A DNA stretch of 64,000 bases from an uncultured Pseudomonadota bacterium (GTDB lineage Bacteria > Oederibacteriota > Muellerivitia > Muellerivitales > Muellerivitaceae), in NCBI GenBank assembly GCA_963770835.1, contig CAVYRH010000003.1, positions 96,001-160,000 of the forward strand, given 5' to 3'. Both the position numbers and the translations under genes were made by a program. The notes under the pieces were generated by a model. The model was not told the DNA's origin, searched no databases, and was given only the letters and a program-made list of their open reading frames with translations. Shown here in pieces: positions 10,055 through 19,334 of this stretch (within the stretch, counting starts at the first letter, position 1; each line of letters begins with the position of its first letter).

Positions 10055-11995
10055 GTGCGTCCAGAAAAGGCAGGTGTGTTCAGCAAGAGATAGTCTTGCA
10101 TGGGTAATAGCCAAAGCCCATTAGCTAGGATGGCAGGCAAGCGGGAAACCAAATGCCTGAAGCCCATCAACAAAGCCATCGAAAGGATGGTGAGCGAGTC
10201 GTCGGGCCGTAACGAAAGTAAATGCACAGGTGGCCCCGAAAACACTTGCCTCGGAGGCTGAGTCCGCCGTCGTGGGACGAAAGCATCATGGGACAGCGCG
10301 GAGAAATGGCTGAAGCGCTGGAACACTCCGACGGGGTGATAGCAACGGCACGAAGACAAGGACACGCCAAGCAACTGGAGAAACCCTCCTTGCCCCAGGC
10401 AGAAATGCTTGGAGAAAGGTAGGCCGTATAACCGTGACGCGGGAAAACGGTCGAAGGTGAGAGGGTTTAGGATGGGTTCATGGTAGCGATGAAGCGGGGT
10501 AATGCCCGTGGAGCGAAGGAACCCTGCTGTTGTTAAGTCCCTCGACAAAACGGAAGGCAGTGACGGTATGAAAAAGACGTCAATTAACCTGCAAGACCTG
10601 AGACGAGAGATATACGTCAAAGCGAAGGCTGAAAAGAACTGGAGTTTCTGGGGACTGTACACCCATGTTTGCAAGATGGAAACGCTTCAACAGGCTTACC
10701 GAATGGCTAAGGTAAATAACGGAGCCCCTGGAATAGATGGGGTGACGTTTGATGCCATTGAGGAGGCCGGAGTGGAGTCGTTTCTGGAAAGCATCCGGGG
10801 TGAATTAGTTCAAGGCACGTATAAGCCCGTTCGAAACCGGAAGAAGGAAATACCCAAGGGAAATGGGAAGGTAAGAGTCCTTGGGATACCCAACATTCGG
10901 GATAGAGTAGTCCAGGGAGCACTGAAGTTTATTCTGGAACCGATTTTTGAGGCCGATTTTCAAGAAGGGTCCTATGGGTATCGACCCAAGCGGACCGCTC
11001 ATGCGGCTGTGAACAGGGTAGCATCGGCAATCGTCTGTAGAAAAACCCGAGTCATTGATGTAGACCTCAAGGCATATTTCGACACGGTAAGGCACGACCT
11101 TCTGATGAAGAAAGTTGCCCGAAGGGTTGAGGATGAAACGGTGTTGAGATTGTTGAGGATGATCCTGAAGGCCAGCGGCAAAAGAGGAGTCCCGCAGGGA
11201 GGGGTTATTTCCCCTCTTCTGGCTAATCTCTACCTCAACGAGGTGGATAAGATGCTGGAAAAGGCAAAAGAAGTGACTCGGCAAGGGAAGAACAACTATA
11301 TCGAATATGCGAGGTTCGCTGACGATATGGTGATCCTTGTTAATGGATATCCGCAATGGGAATGGTTGGCAAAGGCTGCCTACCGAAGGTTACTTGAAGA
11401 ATTGACCAAGCTCGACTTGCAAATCAACACGGACAAGACGCGGATAGCAGACTTAACGAAAGGTGAAAGTTTCGGGTTTCTGGGGTTTGACTTTCGACAG
11501 GTGAAAACCCGTCGAGGGAAATGGGGGGTGAAGTTCACGCCGAAAATGAAGGCGCGAGCAACACTTCTGGGTAAGCTCAAGGAAACATTTGGAAGCTTCC
11601 AATCTCAGCCGGTGCAGAGGGTGATTGAGATTATCAATCCCAAACTGCGTGGGTGGGTGAATTACTTTCGGATAGGGAATTCTAGGCGCTGTTTTAACTA
11701 CGTGGAAAGATGGGTCGAGAATAAAATCAGACGGCATATGATGCGTGCGAAGAAGCTCGACGGTTTTGGGCGGGATAGGTGGAGTAGGGAGTGGATATAT
11801 AAGTATCTGGGGTTGTACAGAAGCTACCAAATACGATATTACCAAGAACCGAAAGCGCTACCCGTCTGATAGGTCACATAAACTTTGACAGGAAAGCAAC
11901 AGGTGAGCGTAGTGCGGGAAATCCGCACGCTACGTTCGAGGAGGCGGGGACTGGAAACGGAGCCAGAAGGCCACCGCACCAGTCCTCGACCCTAC
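10055..11995 (+). mobile_element. Full-length group II intron (tentatively bacterial class E-like)
   Basis: 5' GTGCG; domain V GAGCGTAGTGCGGGAAATCCGCACGCTACGTTC; domain VI ending CGACCCTAC; exon joining restores the repeat exactly. Confidence 0.93.
10568..11869 (+). CDS. ltrA: Group II intron reverse transcriptase/maturase, no HNH endonuclease domain
   Basis: GAPGIDG, RVLGIPNIRDRVVQ, SYGYRP, GVPQGGVISPLLAN, YARFADD, LRGWVNYF. Confidence 0.95.
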   Translation: MKKTSINLQDLRREIYVKAKAEKNWSFWGLYTHVCKMETLQQAYRMAKVNNGAPGIDGVTFDAIEEAGVESFLESIRGELVQGTYKPVRNRKKEIPKGNGKVRVLGIPNIRDRVVQGALKFILEPIFEADFQEGSYGYRPKRTAHAAVNRVASAIVCRKTRVIDVDLKAYFDTVRHDLLMKKVARRVEDETVLRLLRMILKASGKRGVPQGGVISPLLANLYLNEVDKMLEKAKEVTRQGKNNYIEYARFADDMVILVNGYPQWEWLAKAAYRRLLEELTKLDLQINTDKTRIADLTKGESFGFLGFDFRQVKTRRGKWGVKFTPKMKARATLLGKLKETFGSFQSQPVQRVIEIINPKLRGWVNYFRIGNSRRCFNYVERWVENKIRRHMMRAKKLDGFGRDRWSREWIYKYLGLYRSYQIRYYQEPKALPV

Positions 11996-12053
11996 GGGAC
12001 CTGTCGTGGACAAAAAAATAAGGCGGAAGATACTATTCAAGTGGAGGAAGGGA

Positions 12054-14234
12054 ATGATGATGATCGGATTCAGATTACTCATGGATATGGCAAAGGGACA
12101 CCGGTATTGGATGTCCGCGGCGGCCCTTTTCGGCCTCGTGCCGCCCTTAGGGGCCGCGACCTACTATGTCTCCCCTTCCGGGAATGATGCCGGTCCCGGA
12201 AGCCAAACCCAACCCTTCGCCTCCCCGCAAACCGCCGTCACTCACCTGGCGCCCGGCGACACCCTGGTGTTCCGGCAAGGGACTTACTACGGTTCCATTA
12301 TTGTCCCCCAATCCGGATCAGCCGCATCCCCCATCACCCTGGAAGCCTATCCGGGTGAAACGCCGCTACTCGACGGCGCCGGTCCCGTCACCGGTGCTTG
12401 GAGCCATTACCAGAGTTCCATTTACCGCGCCCCTTGGGCTTCCCAGCCCGCCCAGGTTTTCTGTGACGGCCACCTTCTGAATGAAGCCCGCTGGCCCGCC
12501 GCCGAGGTGGAGGGCCTCAGCCACCAACCCGTGGCCCTCGCTGACTCGGGGTCGGCCAGCCAGGTCACCTGCGCCAATCTTCCCCGGGTGGACCTGACCG
12601 GCGCCCTCATCCAGCTCATGGCGGGCCAATCCTGGTGCTCCTATACCCGTACCATCGTTTCCCATGACCGGCCTAGGGGCTCCCTGGTTTTTGATTCCCC
12701 GGTGAGCGAAATGGCAGCCTTGGTGCCGCGCCGGGGAACCCGTTTCTACGTCTTCGGCAAACTCAACCTCTTAACCGCGCCGGGGGAGTGGTATTGGGAC
12801 CCGCAAAAAAAAGAACTTTACGCCTGGACCCCGGATGGCGCCCCGCCCCAAGGCCGCGTGGAGGCCGGGGACGCTTCCCCGGTCCTGTCCCTGGACGGAC
12901 AGTCTTATATCACGGTCAAGGGGCTGCAGGCCCGGGGCGGATGGTTTTCCCTTTCCAACAGTTCCCATTGCACCGTCCAGGATTGCCGCCTTATCGCCCC
13001 CAATTGGACGAGAATGATGAATGGTTACGTCACCAAACCCGCGACCCTGGGCGGCATCGACATTTCCGGCGCCGACAACCAATGCCTGGGCGGGTCGGTG
13101 GTCTTCGCGGGGCGCAGCGGCGTCGATCTTTCCGGCGGAAGCGGCCACCTGGTCAAGGGCATGAACGTGGAGGATTGCGGCTGGAACTGGGGCAATGACG
13201 GGGGCATCCACGTGATCCACGCCGACCAGTGCGTTGTCCAATCCTGTACCGTCCGGCGGGTGGCCCGGGTGGGCATCTTCGACTATTACTCCACCTCCTG
13301 CCGGTTCCTCAACAACCTAGTCGAGGACGTCTGCCTTTACAGCGACGACGTGGGCAATTTCGACTCTTGGGGCACGGACGGCAAGGGCAGTGAAATCGCC
13401 TACAACCTCATGCGCGGCAACCGCGGCATGTGGGGCGCGGGCATCTACCTGGACGACAACGCCAAGGGCTTCAATGTCCACGACAACGTGGTCGAGGATT
13501 GCGCCTGGTACGGCTTTAAATTCAGCGATGTGGATAGGCTCGAAAACAACACCGCGTTAGGTCCGGGCCACGGGGCCCTTTACTGCTCCCAGCCCGCGAG
13601 CAAGGACCTGACCGGCTCCAAGGTGGCCCATAACCGGTTCCGGGAAACCTTCCCGGTGCGGGTCAACTTCAACCAGGCCTCGGTCACCGATTATGGTTAC
13701 TACGGGGGCTACGCCTACCTGGGCGCCCCCGGCCGCGTGGAGGTGGATTGGGGCCAATTGGAACAGCCTTGGTGGGCGGTAAAGGTTCCGCTCGACTTAA
13801 CCCAGATCCCTACCATCGCCTTCAGCATTGAATGCCTGGCCGACTCCTTTACCTTCACGGTGGCCAATTTGCGGCTCCTGCCCAAGGGCCTAAAGGGGGA
13901 TGACGGCGCCGTGACCCTGGCGGGAAACTGGTTTTCCTACGCCGGGCAGGGCGCTACCTCCACCTTGAGCCTTTCGGGTCCGGCGACCTGGGGCGCGACC
14001 GGAAAAACCGTCGTGGGCGGCTGGAACTCCACCGGCCTTCCCCTCACCGGCAGCCAGAGGGACCTGACCGCCTACCGGGGACTCGCCTTTGAGATCGGCG
14101 GAACCGCCGTGATGAAATACAACCTGAATGGATGCGTCGACGAGGATAACGGCCCCGATCCCAAGCCGGGCCGGGGCGCCAGCCTGCCCATCACCGTGGG
14201 GGCCGAAGGGTTAAGGGTCGGGCCGGTCCCCTAA
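12054..14234 (+). CDS. Secreted right-handed beta-helix protein with probable C-terminal carbohydrate-binding region (unit 4)
   Basis: TYYVSPSGNDAGPGSQTQPF, PGEWYWD, GIYLDD; markedly GC-rich. Confidence 0.8.
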   Translation: MMMIGFRLLMDMAKGHRYWMSAAALFGLVPPLGAATYYVSPSGNDAGPGSQTQPFASPQTAVTHLAPGDTLVFRQGTYYGSIIVPQSGSAASPITLEAYPGETPLLDGAGPVTGAWSHYQSSIYRAPWASQPAQVFCDGHLLNEARWPAAEVEGLSHQPVALADSGSASQVTCANLPRVDLTGALIQLMAGQSWCSYTRTIVSHDRPRGSLVFDSPVSEMAALVPRRGTRFYVFGKLNLLTAPGEWYWDPQKKELYAWTPDGAPPQGRVEAGDASPVLSLDGQSYITVKGLQARGGWFSLSNSSHCTVQDCRLIAPNWTRMMNGYVTKPATLGGIDISGADNQCLGGSVVFAGRSGVDLSGGSGHLVKGMNVEDCGWNWGNDGGIHVIHADQCVVQSCTVRRVARVGIFDYYSTSCRFLNNLVEDVCLYSDDVGNFDSWGTDGKGSEIAYNLMRGNRGMWGAGIYLDDNAKGFNVHDNVVEDCAWYGFKFSDVDRLENNTALGPGHGALYCSQPASKDLTGSKVAHNRFRETFPVRVNFNQASVTDYGYYGGYAYLGAPGRVEVDWGQLEQPWWAVKVPLDLTQIPTIAFSIECLADSFTFTVANLRLLPKGLKGDDGAVTLAGNWFSYAGQGATSTLSLSGPATWGATGKTVVGGWNSTGLPLTGSQRDLTAYRGLAFEIGGTAVMKYNLNGCVDEDNGPDPKPGRGASLPITVGAEGLRVGPVP

Positions 14235-14337
14235 ACGGTTCTTTTCAAATAGCTGGCATATCCTCTTTCAATGAGCCCCCTCAATTCCAAGGGAGTTTGA
14301 GGAGAACTAGGGGGGAAGGCTGGCAGCCAATTTGGCT

Positions 14338-14365
14338 TGTCCACGACGGGGACCCGCATTGGACA
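14338..14365 (+). repeat. 28-bp site R5
   Basis: TGTCCACGACG GGGACC CGCATTGGACA. Confidence 0.9.
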
Positions 14366-14415
14366 AAGAAAAAGGCTCAATAACACCACCCAATATGAAA
14401 GGGATTATTTTGTGA

Positions 14416-14820
14416 ATGAAGTATTTAAAAAAATATAAAAAATACCTCCTAAATTCGATGGAATTTCTTATGCCGTTAATAGAATTTGGCGATTTTATTA
14501 CAGCCGCCGACCAGGATGGTTTCGCTATCAGCGCTATCGAAGGAAGGGAAAAAGCCTTGTTTAGTAAAAAACATCATTTTCGATCTGACATGTATATTAT
14601 TTTTTTGCCTAAGAAAAAGAACCCAGGTTGGGAGAACTTCAAGAACCATTGCAATATAAATGCGGAGAGATGGTATTCGAAGATGATAAAGAAAAGATTT
14701 ATTTTGGGTAATCCCCTACCGATAAATGCAACAAAACGAATTTTAATTTGTTCGTGTTTAGTGGATAAAGCGCAATGGATGAAGGATTATCGAAAGAAAC
14801 GCATTAAGACAATAACTTGA
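14416..14820 (+). CDS. Hypothetical basic protein (unit 5)
   Basis: 134-aa, very AT-rich ORF filling the R5-R6 interval. Confidence 0.55.
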   Translation: MKYLKKYKKYLLNSMEFLMPLIEFGDFITAADQDGFAISAIEGREKALFSKKHHFRSDMYIIFLPKKKNPGWENFKNHCNINAERWYSKMIKKRFILGNPLPINATKRILICSCLVDKAQWMKDYRKKRIKTIT

Positions 14821-14838
14821 GAACTGATAGCGAACTGT

Positions 14839-14866
14839 TGTCCACGATGGGGAGCCGCCGTGGACA
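14839..14866 (+). repeat. 28-bp site R6 (array end)
   Basis: TGTCCACGATG GGGAGC CGCCGTGGACA. Confidence 0.9.
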
Positions 14867-14892
14867 AGTGAAAAAAAGGTTTATTAGGCGGG

Positions 14893-16272
14893 CTATTTCC
14901 GGGTTAAAAGGCGGATGCAAAAAAAGAAGATGAGCCAATAGTCCAATCGCGGGAATGTGGAAGTGAAGTTCATGCTGACGATGAAATGGGCGGCCAGGGC
15001 TGCGGCCGCCGCCACAACCATGTCGGCGTTCTGGCACCGGCTGAACGAAACTTGAAGTGTCCTGGTGATCGCGAAACAAAAGGACAAGAAGCCCAGCATG
15101 CCCGCTTCCACCCCCACTTCCAGCCACATGCTTTCGGAACTTTGGCCCATTCCCTGGAGCACCCTGCCCCCGGAGGGGGAGGGAATGGCCCCCATGCCCA
15201 GCAAGGGATGTTGTCTCCAAAGCTTCAGGCTGTTCAGGACGTTTTCCAGGCGCCATCCCTCGCTGGTGCCCGAATCCTGCACCCGGCTGATCACCGCCCG
15301 GGGTCCCAGCGGCCCCAGCACGAAACCGATGTAGGCCCGGGTGCCCGGAGAAAAGGCCAATAATCCCACCAGGATCACGGACACCAGCATGACCTGGGAA
15401 ACGGTTTTTAATAGGCTCTTGCGCTTTTTCCAGGCGCCGGCGGCCAGGAGGACCAGTAAGGACAGGGTCGTTCCCAGCATGGCGCTGCGCGAGCTGGTCA
15501 TCCAAGCCGCGGTGAATACCAGGGCAGGGACGAAGACCCGCCTCCAAAAACCGCCCGCGCTGGAAAGTCCGAAGGCCAGGCAAAGGGGGAAAGCGAAGGT
15601 CAGGGCACAGCCGGCGTAGGAGGGCTCGTAAAAAAAGGCATGGGGGCGGTGGATCAGGATGCCGTTGTAGGTGCCGGCATCCTGGGTATAGCCCAGGAAG
15701 ATTCCTCCGAGATGGATGGACGGAAACTCGCCCGGCGCCGAGGGGGCAACGGTGACCCAATCCCCCAGCAAGTAAAGGGCGGTGAATTGGACCCAAATCA
15801 TTAGGGCAATGGCCAGGATTCCGAGGAAGAACCCTTTTTCGAGGTTCTCCCCCCGCTCTTTTTCCAAGCAGACCAGGGCGGCCCCGCCGATGTTGAAAAG
15901 GGCCCAAACCCACTTCAGCAGCGTGTGGGGAACGTCTTGCGCGGTGAGGGCGGCCACGGCGTAAACGCCGAGAAAGGGAATCCAGGCTTGAAGGACGTCG
16001 GTCAAGATACCGGTCCCGGGCCGGACATGGCCAAAGGACCGGAAAAAAGAAAGCAAGTAAGGGAAGACCGCGGCCAACAGCAGGAACTGGCCGAACCGCA
16101 AATTGAGGTCGTGGATGCGGACGGCGAAAAAAAGGTCAGCGCTGCATAAAAAGAAAAGGGCGGCAAAAAAGGATACCGACAAGAAGTTCCGTGATTTTTC
16201 TGAAAGGAACCGAAATGGCGCGGGGGAGGAGACCGGATGGATTGGGGTCGAAGGCATGTGAAACCTTATCAC
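14893..16272 (-). CDS. O-antigen ligase/polymerase-family membrane protein
   Basis: Many TM segments; RPHAFFYEPS, TSSRSA, HPLLGMG, EAGMLG. Confidence 0.75.
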   Translation of the reverse strand: MIRFHMPSTPIHPVSSPAPFRFLSEKSRNFLSVSFFAALFFLCSADLFFAVRIHDLNLRFGQFLLLAAVFPYLLSFFRSFGHVRPGTGILTDVLQAWIPFLGVYAVAALTAQDVPHTLLKWVWALFNIGGAALVCLEKERGENLEKGFFLGILAIALMIWVQFTALYLLGDWVTVAPSAPGEFPSIHLGGIFLGYTQDAGTYNGILIHRPHAFFYEPSYAGCALTFAFPLCLAFGLSSAGGFWRRVFVPALVFTAAWMTSSRSAMLGTTLSLLVLLAAGAWKKRKSLLKTVSQVMLVSVILVGLLAFSPGTRAYIGFVLGPLGPRAVISRVQDSGTSEGWRLENVLNSLKLWRQHPLLGMGAIPSPSGGRVLQGMGQSSESMWLEVGVEAGMLGFLSFCFAITRTLQVSFSRCQNADMVVAAAAALAAHFIVSMNFTSTFPRLDYWLIFFFCIRLLTRK

Positions 16273-16349
16273 GTAGTTCCGTCTTTAAAACTTCCGGAGC
16301 GCCTGTATACTACCAAAACCTCGGCGTTCATTGAAATTTTCTCGAAAGG

Positions 16350-17501
16350 GTGTCTGTGATTATCGGCATTGACGGGACCTGCCTGCAGGGCGTCCGCACG
16401 GGGGCGGGATGGTACCTGACCCACCTTTTGGAAGCCCTGTCCCACGTGCTGGAGGAAGACAAGGTTTACGTTTGGATGAACAACCCCACGCCCGAGGAGC
16501 GGGCCCGGGTCAATGAAAACCGCTTCATCGTGGTCAGCGCCACCCATTACCCCTCCGCCGCCCTGAAGCTCACCTGGAACACCCTGGGGACGCCCTCCAT
16601 CGAGAGCCTGATCGGCCGCCCGGCGGACGTTTGTTTTTACCCCAATTACCTGCCCGTTCCCCAGAAACAGGGTAAAAAAGTCCTTTTCGTGCACGACCTG
16701 ACCTTCCTGACGAATCCGGATTTGGCGTCCGAGGAGGCGGTAAAAACGCTGGGGCCCCACCTGGAAAAACAGGGGGAGAAGGCCGATTTGATACTGACCT
16801 GCTCGGAATACAACCGCAAGGAAATGCTGAGGCTCTTCCAGCAGATCCCGGAGAACAAGATCCGGGTCATCCCCCACGGGCTGCCGGAACCCTTCCACAA
16901 ACCCGCCGGCCCCGAAAAAATAAAGGCCATGCGGGAGCATTACGGCCTCCCGCACCCCTATTTTCTTTTCGTCGGGCAGTTGGAGCCGCGCAAGAACCTC
17001 CTGAGGCTGGTCCACGCCTTCCTGCTATTCCAACAGCAAACCCAGGCCCGGCACCAGCTGGTGCTGGCCGGCGCCCGGGGCTGGATCGGGGAGGAATTTA
17101 TGCAATTCATCCTCTCCCCCCAATTGGCGGACAAGGTGCATTGGCTGAATGCCGTGAAGGACGAGGACATGCCCGCCCTTTACAGCGGCGCCGAGGCTTT
17201 TGTTTTCCCCTCCCTGAAGGAGGGTTTTGGGGTTCCGCTGTTGGAGGCGATGGGCTGTGGGGCGCCCGTGATTTGCTCCAACGCCGCGGCAATCCCGGAA
17301 GTGGTGGGGGACGGGGCTTGGATGATCGCGCCCGCCAAAGTGGACGAATGGACCAAGGCCATGGCGCGGATCGCCGGCGAACCCGCCTTCGGCCAGCTCC
17401 TGAGGGAAAAGGGGAAGGCCCGGGTCGGGTTGTTTCACATGGAAAACACCGCCAAGCAAACCCTGGCGGCGTTCAAGATGACCGTCCAGACCCATGGCTA
17501 A
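16350..17501 (+). CDS. Glycosyltransferase family 4
   Basis: VGQLEPRKN, FVFPSLKEGFGVPLLEAMGCG. Confidence 0.9.
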   Translation: MSVIIGIDGTCLQGVRTGAGWYLTHLLEALSHVLEEDKVYVWMNNPTPEERARVNENRFIVVSATHYPSAALKLTWNTLGTPSIESLIGRPADVCFYPNYLPVPQKQGKKVLFVHDLTFLTNPDLASEEAVKTLGPHLEKQGEKADLILTCSEYNRKEMLRLFQQIPENKIRVIPHGLPEPFHKPAGPEKIKAMREHYGLPHPYFLFVGQLEPRKNLLRLVHAFLLFQQQTQARHQLVLAGARGWIGEEFMQFILSPQLADKVHWLNAVKDEDMPALYSGAEAFVFPSLKEGFGVPLLEAMGCGAPVICSNAAAIPEVVGDGAWMIAPAKVDEWTKAMARIAGEPAFGQLLREKGKARVGLFHMENTAKQTLAAFKMTVQTHG

Positions 17502-18690
17502 AAACCGGGGAAAAACATCCAAGCCGCCCTTGCCTGTTCCCCCGGCGCTGCCTTCCAAAACCCCGAAAAAAACACTGGCTTTGAAATCCCCCTTGGGGAT
17601 GGGCCCGAAAAACCTTTTTGATTCCCGCGAATCGCCGTTACGGGAATTGAAACGAAAATTTGAGATGGGCCTTTCCCGCCCGAAGGTGTCGGTGGTCATC
17701 GCCAACCACAACAACGTCGACGCCTTGTGGCACTGCCTGTTCGCGCTCAAGACCCAGACCTTCCCGCCCCACGAAATCATCCTGGTGGACAACGCCTCGG
17801 AGGATGCCAGCGTCTCCTTCGTGAGGGCCAACTATCCCCAGGTGGAAATCCTGGAATGCCAGGAGAATTTCGGGCCGGCCATGGGCCGCAACCTGGGGAT
17901 TAAAACGGCGACGGGCCACTTGATAGCCCTGGTGGACCCGGAAACGGTGGTCACGCCCGACGGGCTGGGGCGCATGGTCAAGGATTTCCAAAAAAGCTGG
18001 CCGAGGTTCGGCGTCCTGGCGGCGCCGGTGCGGATGGACCGGGAAGGGAAAGAGGATTACCGGGCCCTCAACATCCTGGGGAACCCGGTGGAAGGTTTTT
18101 TGCCCGACCCCTTGGAACTTTTTTGCCCCGGGCAGGGGGTGGTCCTTTTTCCGCGGTTCCTGGCGCCCGACGGGCCTTTTGACGCGGATTCTTATTCGTG
18201 CCGGAAGGACGCCTACCTGGGCTGGAAGTTCCGCCTCGCCAACCAGGCAACCGGGAAATCCCCCGGCGCGAAGGTTTTCGAAAAGACGGACGAATCAAAC
18301 CCCAGCTTCCCCGAATGGAAGCTTATTTATTATGAGACCCGGAACCGGTGGCTGAACCTCCTGCTCTTTTATGAAAGGGGAAATCTCCTCAAAGTCCTGC
18401 CTTTGGCCCTGGGGGAAGGGCTCTTGCGATGGCTCAAAAGCCTCACCATCGGGTTTGGGGCATTTTGGGGAACCTCCTGCGCCGTGATTTGGATCGCACT
18501 GCATCCCCTCCTGATTTATAAAAAACGCCGGATGATCCAGGAAAAGCGGAAGGTTTCCGACCGGGAGATCCTGAAACACTTAAGCGGGCGCGTGGCCCGC
18601 GACGGGGGAATGGTTTCCAGGGCCCTCAACCTTTTCTCGCTGGCTTACTGCCGGCTGGTGGGGTTGGAAGTGCTGGAATCGCAGGAATAG
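17494..18690 (+). CDS. Glycosyltransferase family 2
   Basis: VSVVIANHN, EIILVDNASEDAS, NFGPAMGRNLG. Confidence 0.82.
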   Translation: MAKNRGKTSKPPLPVPPALPSKTPKKTLALKSPLGMGPKNLFDSRESPLRELKRKFEMGLSRPKVSVVIANHNNVDALWHCLFALKTQTFPPHEIILVDNASEDASVSFVRANYPQVEILECQENFGPAMGRNLGIKTATGHLIALVDPETVVTPDGLGRMVKDFQKSWPRFGVLAAPVRMDREGKEDYRALNILGNPVEGFLPDPLELFCPGQGVVLFPRFLAPDGPFDADSYSCRKDAYLGWKFRLANQATGKSPGAKVFEKTDESNPSFPEWKLIYYETRNRWLNLLLFYERGNLLKVLPLALGEGLLRWLKSLTIGFGAFWGTSCAVIWIALHPLLIYKKRRMIQEKRKVSDREILKHLSGRVARDGGMVSRALNLFSLAYCRLVGLEVLESQE

Positions 18691-18744
18691 GCAGTTCGCA
18701 GTCCACAGCTCACAGTCGACAGTAAGGCCTTTACGGCACGGATG

Positions 18745-18901
18745 GACAACGTCTCAGTTTGAAAGAAAATGTTGCTCCACCCTCACCCCGCCCTCTCCCT
18801 CAAGGGAGAGGGGGAAACAGCTCTTAAAACCCTCGCCCCTTGGGGGAGAGGGTAGGGTGAGGGGTGCCTTAAGGTCGTCCAACTCAAACTGATGCACTAC
18901 C
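18745..18901. mobile_element. ~157-bp MITE copy A (degenerate left end), 8-bp duplication CACGGATG
   Basis: Ends TCAAACTGATGCACTACC; internal CCCTCACCCCGCCCTCTCCC hairpins. Confidence 0.75.
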
Positions 18902-18991
18902 CACGGATGGAACCGCTTTTCATTATTGCCCTTTCCGGTTAAACTCATGCCTCCCAGACGCCTTTAGCCTATTTATGGAAGGATTAGGAAA

Positions 18992-19327
18992 TTGATCAAG
19001 AACGGGAAAAAAGACTCAAACCTTATCGACGGTTCCCAGCGGTGTGAGATTTGCGGGACGACCCTCACCCTTTATCCCAAGGATTTCACCGCCTGCCCCC
19101 ATTGCCACCGGCAGGTCTGCCGCCAATGCTGGGGCGATGTATGGGCCGGCAAATCCTTCGCCGCCGAGAGCTGTTCCCATATCACGGAAAACGACGGAAG
19201 AACCATGAGCTCGGTAGGCGATGTCCGCAAAAGACTGGATTGGGATTGGCCAAAGGCCCTCATTGTCCTCGTTTTGGGAGGATTGGCTATCGGCATCCTG
19301 TTTTTCCTCTTCAACCTCTTTAGCTGA
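18992..19327 (+). CDS. Small Zn-finger-like protein with C-terminal TM helix
   Basis: CEIC, CPHC, CRQC motifs plus hydrophobic tail. Confidence 0.65.
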   Translation: MIKNGKKDSNLIDGSQRCEICGTTLTLYPKDFTACPHCHRQVCRQCWGDVWAGKSFAAESCSHITENDGRTMSSVGDVRKRLDWDWPKALIVLVLGGLAIGILFFLFNLFS

Positions 19328-19334
19328 TTCCCGC

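Larger units (their letters stand above)
10044..12012 (+). repeat. 28-bp site R4, split by the group II intron (left arm 10044-10054; spacer plus right arm 11996-12012)
   Basis: Joining the flanks gives TGTCCACGACG GGGACC TGTCGTGGACA. Confidence 0.93.

Noticed and set aside
10502..11869. Retron, DGR or defence-associated RT
   Set aside because: The RT lies inside clear group II intron RNA ends and has a maturase domain; no TR/VR pair seen.
7118..14866. CRISPR array interpretation of the 28-bp palindromic repeats
   Set aside because: Intervals are 0.5-2.4 kb and contain whole genes; no cas genes in the window.
7118..14866. Classical integron attC sites or chromosomal dif
   Set aside because: No RYYYAAC/GTTRRRY boxes, too short for attC, no intI; GC-rich arms do not resemble XerC/XerD boxes.
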